Assembly (NCBI GenBank): GCA_011109175.1
Contig: RDEW01000001.1
Coordinates: forward strand, 384,395 to 448,394
Length of the DNA stretch: 64,000 bases
Source of the DNA: Dicyema japonicum
Taxonomy: Eukaryota > Animalia > Dicyemida
Reading direction: 5' to 3'
How positions within the stretch are numbered: position 1 is the first letter of the stretch; every line of letters starts with the position of its first letter. The position numbers were made by a program, and so were the translations under genes. The notes beneath the pieces were generated by a model. It made no database searches, was not told the DNA's origin, and saw only the letters and a program-made list of their open reading frames with translations. This document shows positions 54,245 through 64,000 of the stretch, one piece after another.

Positions 54245-54928
54245 TTAGTCAGCATAAATAAACTTTTCTGACTCATAAATAAGTCCGACAGCACTAGAAT
54301 ACACTCTCTCACAACTACGATTAAGAACAAATATACCTCCCAGTTTGGAAGTGCTCCCTCAAGGCACTACTAAACATTCTAGAAAATGCTAGAATATTCA
54401 TTCTTCTCTGTTTTTTTGCCTACAGTTACTACTAATCCACACCGCAGAATTTTCAGCGTCCACCTGAACGGATATTATGTCAAGTAGTTCCTTCATGGTG
54501 GCTGCAACCTCCTTGATGGTCCGTATTAATCGTTTCTTGTGGTTTAGGTCCTCGGTGAGCTGGTAAAGCAGCCCAACCAGTTGACGGTGAATGTCTTGCA
54601 TTGAATTTTTGTTATAAATTTCTTTGATTAATCCCCACCACAACCAGTTTTGTAGTCACGACAGATCACTTCCAGGAGACAAGACCAGGGACACTCTGGG
54701 AAAGACGTATCACACTGTTTAAAGCACGTGATCAGAAATTCTTTTACAAAGAGAGGGTGGAACTGACTGACTTGGGTGATGGATTCTAATAGTTTCTGAT
54801 GAAGTTGGGAGTCGTTGTTAACAGCCAGAGTTGAGAAAAAATGATACCTCAAGAATGGAGGGGTTAAGTATTTTATCAATGACTACGAGTGAGTATAATC
54901 TATCCAAGTCAAGTGAAGTGTTTGCCAT
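54245..54928 (-). CDS. PDCD10: Programmed cell death 10 / CCM3 homolog, ~197 aa
   Basis: LTEDLNHKKRLIRTIKEVAATMKELLD and FSRMFSSALREHFQTG..VYSSA match the PDCD10 FAT-homology domain. Four introns (22,23,23,22 nt) give an open frame; the first ends in TG rather than AG. Confidence 0.82.
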
Positions 54929-55022
54929 TATACAAAGAGATAATAAACATTTAAATTTAATGTTTAAATATTTTAAAATTTAATAGTTTATTTTAAGATA
55001 TGATCATCTCTTGAGTTTGATT

Positions 55023-55344
55023 AGCCGCGTGGTGCCATGTGGTGTTGCGTGGTTAATTGGTTGAGGTTTTCTGCTTTCTTGTCTGTTCCTCCTGTCTCTT
55101 CCTATTATAGTGGCGTCATGTGATCCACCTGTCTAGGTGACGCCCAGTGCCAGGCCGCACGAAAAAGGATCATCTGCTCTTCCCCACTCCACTGGAGGGG
55201 TTTCCACAACTGCATGTAATGGACGTCTTACCTTTTATGCTGATTCCGGATGGACTCTGTTTCTGTAGAAGTGGAAACTGGATACACTTAATTAGTTGTT
55301 TACTTTAACTTCTTTCTCGGTGTATCCGGGGTTAATAAATAAAA
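55023..55344 (+). mobile_element. Most complete family-A bipartite SINE
   Basis: GU-rich 5' hairpin (55023-55054), pyrimidine tract, pseudoknot domain (55112-55200), LINE-like tail ending aataaataaa; no Pol III B box visible. Confidence 0.88.
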
Positions 55345-55439
55345 TGTTAGATTTATTAAAATTTTAGTATGACGTTGTGGTCTACCGATTCAAAAAGATT
55401 TGGAAACTTCCAGGGGGCACCTAGTGCCACTGAAGAATT

Positions 55440-56760
55440 CCTCCCGGTGACACTCGCTTTGCGGAAGATAGAACCTTCCCGGAGGAAATCCTCAGCCCAT
55501 CAAAGAGAAACTCACTTTACTGCTCTTCAGCTGAACATAAATGGAATTAAAGGGAAAATCAGGGAACTCAGCTAACTCTTGGTAAGTCAGAAAATCAACT
55601 TTGCTATGATTTAAACTTACTTTAATGTTTCTACCCCTAAGGCTATCAAAATGGACCGTAGAGAGAGAAGTTTAGGTCTGCTCACTCTATTCAAAAGGAA
55701 CCGGAACTGCAGAGACATCTCCGAAGTGAGGAAAACTGTTGGGGATGATGAGGTTATGGAAATCATTGGAATCTCGCTCGGGAAAACGAAAGGAAGAATA
55801 TGCCTTGTAAATATCTACGTTCCGCCCCCTTGTTCCTGCCCAAAGAGTTATGTTATGCAAACCTATAAAGACTGGCTTCCTTCTATGAGATCTCATCTTC
55901 GGGGATCTGAATGCGAAGCATACCTTATGGATGTCAACTTGCCGACATGAGAGGGAAACTATTGTTATCGCAAACGGATTCCTGAACGATATTGAATGAT
56001 CCATCGAGAAATACAAGGACACCACTCAGAGAAAAGGATCAGCCTACGACGTAACACTCGGCTCCTCGTCACTTCATAAAAAATTGATTGATCAGTCTTT
56101 TAAGAAACAAGAAGCGACCATTATCCGATTGTGGTGAAGATCAAAAAAGAGGTCAACGTGAGGAGAATTTCTAGCAGGTACTAACTTGAAATTGTATCGC
56201 TCAACCTCAGAACAAAATGAAGAATTGTTACTTGGACATGTTAAGTTTTCTACTTTACCCACATAATCTTGGAAGCAAGATCAATGGCTATACCATCGAT
56301 TAATGAAATTTCATTTGAAGAGGATTATGTTCAAAGAGATGTTAACAACTTGATAAAATTATACACCAAGTTTATAGGAAATAAATAGTGGTACTTACTC
56401 GGTCCTGATGAACGTGTACAAACATTACATCGAGCCATGTTTCTCACATACATGCGCCTCGTGGGGACCGTCCATATCTTGGACAAATATGAGGAAGATC
56501 TAGGAAATGCAAAAGAGGGCTTTCAGAGTAACGAAACTTTGGATTTGTGGAGATCACAGAACCGGACTGACGCCTCCGAAGGCCCTTATGAAACTAGACT
56601 CCAGATTACGGGAATATGACCCCGTAAAATTAGTCAGCTGTCCGTCCTGTACGTTCATGCGCGGACACGAGGGATGAACACCGGACAAAGATAAGTTCGG
56701 AATGCATCGGGATCACGTGATTATTAGTATGGTTTACCGTGGACTTGGGTTGTTAACTAA
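55440..56760 (+). mobile_element. Internally deleted, degraded APE LINE
   Basis: LQLNINGI, NIYVPP, GDLNAKH, SDHYPI, then a 3' end with the gggatcac...ttag motif. Confidence 0.75.
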
Positions 56761-59700
56761 TTATTTGGATTACAAATCCCATTAAAATGTAAGCAAGGAT
56801 ATTGAGATACCAGCTAAGCAGATTACCTATAAACTAACTTACCAATAATGGTAGAAGACTATGTTCTGACGAAACCAGCTAATTTGTATTGACCTTTGCA
56901 AGAAAAGATTTTAGGACTAATGATGGAAGAAATTAATGGGTTTCTTAAAACTTCAGGGATTAAAAAATATCAAATCTTCAATAAATAGTTGATTGATGTC
57001 AGGAATTATAATGTTGGATAATAATGGAAAACATTATGAAAAAACAAAAAAGTTCTTGCGAAAATTGCTAGAAAACCAAAGAATCCATCTCCGATCGAAG
57101 GCTGTATTTGCCAAAGAATTTTCTTAGGAGAGGACTGCAGTCAATCTCCTTCAAGATGTTACTAGTATTCAAGTCAAACCTGGCAATAAGAAAAGCATAA
57201 ATTATATGATTGAATCTCAAAAACTTATATAACCACCATTATGGAGATCCTTCGTAAAATATATAGAAGCCTACCTTAACATGTCCTTGAAACAACACCA
57301 GATTGATTTCTAATGTTAAGGATTAAAAGGTAAAATGTTCACTCGATGATCATTCTATTGTTTAAAGACTAAGAATATTAAAACTAGCAATATGATCGAA
57401 TACCATATTTAAATATTTTCTGTACTAGGGGAAAGTAACAGAAGGACGAAGATGTGAGAGTCTTTATGTTATAATCAGGTATTTGTTTAAACTAATAAAA
57501 AAATAACTGGAAGACAATATACCTTATTTGGGATAAGGGATTTTTGAAAATTGCATTTTGAAAAGTGAATCAAGAAATCAGTCCTCAAAAAATACCTCAA
57601 TCGACTTCCTCTAGATATTTTTGGAAATTTTTCATTTTAACAGTTTGTAGATAACAGAATGGTAGATCAGGATCACTTTAGTTATTTGTTTAGCTTCTTG
57701 TTGAGGATGTTGGAGTTCTTTATTAATAGCACTTATAAGCACTTTTGCAAAAGCCTTGATACCTATATCCTTGCATGCGCAAAGAGAGACACAATATTGG
57801 ATGTCAGTCTCTTCCACGCTCTCCATTTGTTAGTTATCTCAATAAGTCTAACATTTTAACAACTTGTCCAGTATTTCAGATAATTTCGAAAACGGACCTC
57901 CTATCAAACATAATAGCTTTCATTGTTATAATTACTGAGCAAGTCAAATAAACCATCAAGAGATGTCAGCATCTATCGTCTAAATTCAGTTTTTCTGGTT
58001 TATTGGCTTTTCGTCAGTATTTTCCGTGATTCTCATGGAGACTGCATGCGAGCTTCGTATTTAGTAGACCTCGAATAAGTCATAAAAAGTATTTTTGTTA
58101 TACTTATATTGAATGTAAGAAGCTTCAGGGAGTCATCTTGTATCTTTTACTTTATTGATATTTTATTCAATTGTTGGCAATTCAAAAACGAGACGTGTAA
58201 GCATGACACAAAAATAAAATGATTTTCATAATACTTATAGTTTTGTATGGACAAATATTTATTTTAATAACAAAGAACAATTTTGCTAACTGATCATTGC
58301 ATGCTCTTAACTTGTTGGGTGTGAGTCAATGAAGACAATCCTGGTTCCGCATGTTATTGAAACTTTCCTAGATTTTACTTAGAAAATTGCACAGACGGAC
58401 AAGTTTCGTTCACGTAACCAAACTCAGGCAGAGAAGAGCACGTGTTATTTTATTATTCACTCTAAAATAATATTTGAAGTTGATTACTCTGGGATATAAG
58501 TATAATCGTCAGTGTGAGACTCATATATCTGACCTAAACATTCTTGAAATATTCTTCGACGATCTTCAAATGCTCAATATCTAATACACATTGGCTCATC
58601 AAGGTACCACGTGCTCTAGTTCCGCTTAGGAGGGAATTTAGGATGATCGGTTTGTCAATCCATATTCACATAAAACGACGGAAGACGCAAAGTGGGCAGT
58701 CTAAAGAGATACTACTATGGACTTATATAGAGATCATTAATTAAGGATATCTCAAGTAGTATTGGGGTGATTTTTGAGATATTAAAGTCCGCAGAGGAGA
58801 TCAATAAATTCAATCCTACAGGACGACTCAGTCATCTACTGTAAAGCGCTAACAAATATATTCTGGTGGAGGGTTCACGACTTCTACTCTTATGTCTACC
58901 TAAAGATGCACAGAATAGAAGACACTAAGTCAGGGTCGGTTGACAGAGTACCCACAAGTTATCTTTCATTGACTTGACTCACAGGTGAATTGCGCTTCTG
59001 TTCCTTTCTGTGGTCATGTGAATGCATCCCCCTAAATGAGAGACAAACAGAAGATACTGTATTCACTACTCCATAATACAAGTTTAGATCCAAATCAGAG
59101 AATATTGTCCATAGAATCCGTAGATTCTGCTTCTCTCTGATGTCATCCAATTACCGTAAAAGTTCACTTAGCACTTTAATCCCTCCAGAGGTGACATTGT
59201 CAAATTCTCCGTGAATAGATGCCTTTTACTTTAGATTAACGTACATATCAAAACGCTGTTTTCACGGAATTGTGTGGGATGTACAATCAGGTGTAAGAAT
59301 TTGAGATGTCCAGAAAGATTATACGAGACCAAACCTCTATGCTTATTTCATGAATACTCTTTATTATATTATGAAATAATTAAACTGGATTTGATATGAC
59401 CTTTGAGTTTTTATTCTTTTTTATAATCCAGTTCATTTACATGTGCAAATGTATTCAATTTGACGTCCAGAGATTAAAATACTAAGGTTTTAAAAGAATT
59501 TTCGAAATCTGTGTTTTTACACGGACTGTATAACCGATCTTATGTTATCCATCCTTATTTGTTTTCTGCATCAAAATATATAGTCCTGTTGCCAATGGAT
59601 GCAGTTTAAACACATCATTAAGTGTAAATGAAGTTAAAGATTGTTAAATCCACGTCTCTATGGTTTTTAAGTTTAACACCATTTTCTGAGCAATTAACTT

Positions 59701-60149
59701 ATTTAAAGTACTGTGGTATTAACGATAATTTTTGAAATGAACCGTAATTAATTCACTCTTCTGAATGCTAAAGGTTTTCTTAAGTTCGATAAACATGTGT
59801 ATCTCTGTATACATTTAAGTTCGTTTACTTCATTTAGAACATCTTAACAACTTGTTCAATTTATTGATTTACTCTACAATATGCTCTCAGCTTGAAGAAC
59901 TTTGCATCATTTTCATAGATTAACAAAACTCTTGGTTTTCTCGTGTTATCGAAATTGGTTAAATTGCTTATATTTTGATATTGTTCTATCAGACGGCTAA
60001 ATTGTCATTTACTAAAATAATTCCTGTCCTGCCCATCTACCACACAGAAACTGATAAATCTCAGTCTCCTTGCTTGGCATTCCAATGTTAGTGTTTTTAA
60101 CCTCTTTCTTTGTGATCTGTGGCTTCTAAAATAAAAAAGTGATCGATAC

Positions 60150-61560
60150 ATTATTATTATTTAAGCCAAATAAACACCGTCTTAACCAATAACTAATATT
60201 CAGGTGATCCCGGCATCTCTCAATAATCGGGCCATTTTTTCTCGATGCTCCGACCGTGATCCCACGCATTTTCTATACGGACGGGGGTCTTTTTCCTTTC
60301 CTCTTCTGAAATTGCTTCTATGATAGACTCGAGTGCTCTGGGGGCAATTTCTTTATCTGTATATTTTTCCAGTAATTTTTTTGCTCTTGACTAGATCTCT
60401 TGAATTTTTGTTAGGTTCGTTGCCGACAGGCTAGATCCCCATGCAACACATGCATAGCCTATTGTTGCTCGACATACTGCTTGTAGAGGGTCCCGATACC
60501 TGGCGGATAAATTCCTCCACATTTCCAAAGGAAGGCCTTTACAAAATTGATCTTCTTTGCACAGGTTGATATGATAGATTCCACATGGGCTGAGAAGCAG
60601 AGGAAAGTATCAAAAGTTACTCCCAGTATCTTCTGCAATTTCTTTTGTGGTATAGGTGCTCCATTTAACGTGACATCAATTGTTTGCGTTCCCATTTTTC
60701 TATTCTTAGTAAATAGAGTGACTGCTGACTTTACGGAACATGCATTTAATCAATTTTCGCACAACCATCCATATATGTCCTTGTAGTCTTTCTTTAGCAT
60801 GTTCGACATTTACGTCCCTAGATGCAACAACTATGTCATCGGCTTAGGAAAGTAGCATGTCATTATTATTCATAGGTACGGGGAGATCATTCAAAAATAA
60901 ATTAAAAAGGATTGGTGACAGAGGAGATCCTTGGGGTACACCATTGGGTAATAATCCCGATCTGGAACTCTTGTTTCCGACGGACACTTTCCCACGGCTT
61001 CCACTTACGAAATTTGCTAACCATAACTTTAGTGTGCATCAAATTTTATCAGAAATATTTTTCGTTTGAAGATCTTCCTTGGGAGAGAGTCGAAAACTTT
61101 TTAAATGTCGATCTTACATATGACCGATTTTTCCTGTTTTGGCTTGTTCTTGTGTCCTTCAGTTATGAACTTCATTAGTGTCGTTAGGAAGGAGGTTGTT
61201 GATAATCCTTCCTTGAAGCTATGTTGGAATGTAGGTTGTGGGAGAGAAGGGCGAATAACTTTTAGGACCAGTTTCTCCAGGATCCTCGACAAAAAACATA
61301 TAAGGGAAACTGGTCTGTAAGAGCCGGGATCGTTCTTCGGTCTTCCCGGTTTTAATATTGGACGAATTTTTAATAGTTTCCATAAAGTCGGTGTGGTATT
61401 TATGTTCAGCGATGTGTTGTAGATGATTGTTAATGCATTTATTGATGCTGGGCCCAAGTGTTTCAGCAGAATAAGAGGAATTCCGTCTGGGCCACACCAC
61501 ATGAGTTTGTCTTTTTCTGATTTGATATTGTTTGGATACATCTTTAGGGAGAAATAAATC
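60150..61560 (-). mobile_element. 5'-truncated APE LINE (RT to 3' tail)
   Basis: GPDGI, YRPVSL, GVPQGSPLSPILFN, KILGVTFD; (taa)n tail at ~60151-60163. Confidence 0.9.
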
Positions 61561-61848
61561 AGCGGGGCAAATTTGGATGACTTTCTCTTTATTTTCGTTT
61601 GTGTGTTAATCTTTTTATAAGGAATGCGTTGTTTCCTAATTAATAGTCGCCGGTCTCAAACTAGAAAAAATTTTGCCATAGAATGCCGAATTGTGCCACT
61701 GGAATAAATTAACTTAGAAAAGCATACAAAATGACGTATTCCGTAAGGATTACACAAAAATGTAATTAAAAAGTGATTCCCTAATAATGTTGCGAATATA
61801 ATAAACACCAATAAGAGTTAATTTATATCAAAAGAATAATTAATCCAT

Positions 61849-63206
61849 TTAATTTGCAGACACCCCATCCATAATATGATTACCATTCTATACATTACAT
61901 AATACACTCACTCGTTGTTCATCCTCATTGACTTCTCTCAGTCTGGCCATCTCATCCTCAGCCTCCGCTAACCTAACCTTCAACAAATCACAGTCTCTCC
62001 CCATCTGTTCAATTCCAGTCTCACTCTGTCCCTCACACAGTTTCAACATTATTTGCCGTGCAGAGGCAAGTCCCTTCGTTTTCTCCTCTAAAGCAGTCTC
62101 CACCTGCTGCTTCTCATTCGTCAGTTCCACCACTGCAGTCGTCAATTGAGTCACCTTGGTCTCTGTCAACGACAGCTTCTCCAAAAGCTACAATCAGGCA
62201 ACACGTTTACTTGTGCCAAATTACATCCATCTGTCGCCTCCATCTGTCGCTTTAGAGTTTCCATGGTGTTCCTGGTCACCACTAGTTTGCGGTTTGTCTC
62301 CGTTATCTCCCCTTGGATCACGGAAATAAGCTTGTCTTTCTCCGCAGCTATCTCATGACCGTTAAACGCCCTGAAATTCCCCCAAATTACATACTCAGAT
62401 GCCTTCAACTTCCCCTCCAACTCAGTCACTTCACTCAGTAGTCTATTCACGGCACTCTGAGCCTCCTGTTCTGCATTCTTGGCCACATTTAGCTTCTTTC
62501 TTAGCTCCATTTCAACAGCCACGTGATCAGCCGCAGCCTTAGCCATGTTGATCTCTATTCGTTCAATCTCTGACTCCAAAGAGCTGATTCTCCCCCGAAA
62601 TGACTCTTCCACCCCCTTAGCAGCCTTTGAGCAAAAGACGAGTTCGTCCTGAGCATTTTCCAGCCTAGCCCGGAGAGATTTTATCTCCATTTTCACTACT
62701 GTGAGAAATACTGTCTACTTTTGTTGATCTCAGAGTCTCTCTCTGCCTGTTTGAATACGTGAAACTCATTAAAGACACTCTCAGACAGAATCTAGGTTAA
62801 CAAGAAGGACTACCTGTTCCCATTGGTCGGTTGGGAAATGACCCAGGAGAACATTCACGGTAGACTTGATTTGGTCTAGAGAAAAATCAGACTTCTGAAG
62901 AATTCGAATGATTCTGTCGAGAGACACTTAAATTTTGATTAAATAATACTTTCTTCAGCGAGCACCTTGGTTTGTGGTGTGGAATTTGTGTTTTGATTGA
63001 TCGTAGAATTTTGGTTTGTTTTTCTTTTTTTCCGCCATTTCGAATTTTGGGTCTTTTTTCCGGCGTTTTGGAACCTCTGTGAAGAGTTTTCAATAGAATA
63101 TCTTAAGTAAGTTTGACCACAACTTGAAGAAGTAATAGTAGGTAGAAACAAGCAGAAATGATCCAATACCTAAAACAGCGAAAATTAAATTCTGGTCAAT
63201 CTGCAT
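61849..63206 (-). CDS. RRBP1(p180)/kinectin-like ER membrane coiled-coil protein, ~398 aa
   Basis: Seven introns of 22-24 nt give MQIDQNLIFAVLGIGSFLLVSTYYYFFKYSIENS (N-terminal TM), a Lys-rich segment and a long coiled coil. Architecture matches the RRBP1/KTN1 family. Confidence 0.7.
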
Positions 63207-64000
63207 ATGACTTGAATATTAAATATCGTAAACTAAAATTGTAACAATGTAGGTTAACCAACAAAAATATTATTTTAAAATTTAATTATTTTTAATTAAA
63301 ATAAATATTATGTCAATTACAATTTTTATTTTAATAATCGTTTTAATCATCATTATATTGAGTCAGTAAATGACCACAACTAATTGATGGTTTGTGGTGA
63401 GTCATATTTGATTACGCTGTTATAAATTTTCAGAAATTTGATAGTCATTTTATCAGCTTTACTTAGATAATTATCTTAAAATTCCTTCGCATGGCACATA
63501 ATAGATGAGGTTGTCTTTAATTCTTATTACCTCTTATAGCACACATCTTGTTGGTCAATGTGAGATTACGGTGGATCATTATTATATCTTGACATTTATA
63601 TGCTTGTCTTATTGATTTACCTAGTTATAATGTGCAATATTGCCCATGGTCTATTTTGCGGCAGAAACCCATTATGGTGGGGAATTAGTTTTAACACGTT
63701 CTTTGTTAATCAATATTGCACATTTACTGGAATATTAAAGACAATGATTAAGCTTAATAGTGACTCATTTGCATTAATGTTTTTATCTTAAGGTTATAAC
63801 AATTGGTCTCAGAGTATATAGACTGCACTAAGATATGGTCAATAGTCTGGAGTACATATCCTTTGAAATGATATTATTACTAAAATAAATAATAAATCTT
63901 AATATGTCACAGATTGTACAATATTAATTATGTTTTCTGCCAATTCAACTAAATGTATATTACTTTGTCCTCTGGGAGCATTCACTTTGGTTACTACTTT

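Noticed and set aside
55118-55127. atgtgatc match to the dicistrovirus IGR IRES L1.1 motif
   Set aside because: Only 8 nt, base-paired in the model and changed to atgtggct in the LINE; other IRES domains are not visible.

Overview
Eukaryotic (animal-like) nuclear DNA, AT-rich and dominated by transposable-element debris. Six compact host genes are scattered through it and split by spliceosomal micro-introns of about 22-26 nt (38 reconstructed by hand): a glutaredoxin-3/PICOT homolog, an SRSF7-like SR protein, a CNG channel beta subunit, a PELP1/Rix1-like protein, PDCD10/CCM3 and an RRBP1/kinectin-like protein. Such intron sizes point to a highly reduced metazoan such as a dicyemid; that identification is an inference. 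Mobile DNA includes ORF1-less APE-RT LINEs (Ingi/Vingi-like) with an N-terminal 2A StopGo motif, CRE-like RLE retrotransposons, two Buster-type hAT insertions with clean TIRs and 8-bp TSDs, Merlin and rve-integrase remnants, a tRNA-derived SINE, a second non-tRNA bipartite SINE and a 5-copy ~975-bp tandem array. The strongest novelty candidate is a ~90-nt RNA element whose stems follow an HDV-ribozyme-like pseudoknot order with compensatory base changes but non-canonical loops. It is shared by the 5' end of the 2A-LINE and the bipartite SINE family. Several single-base frameshifts in homopolymer runs look like assembly errors. All calls come from manual reading; no searches were run.
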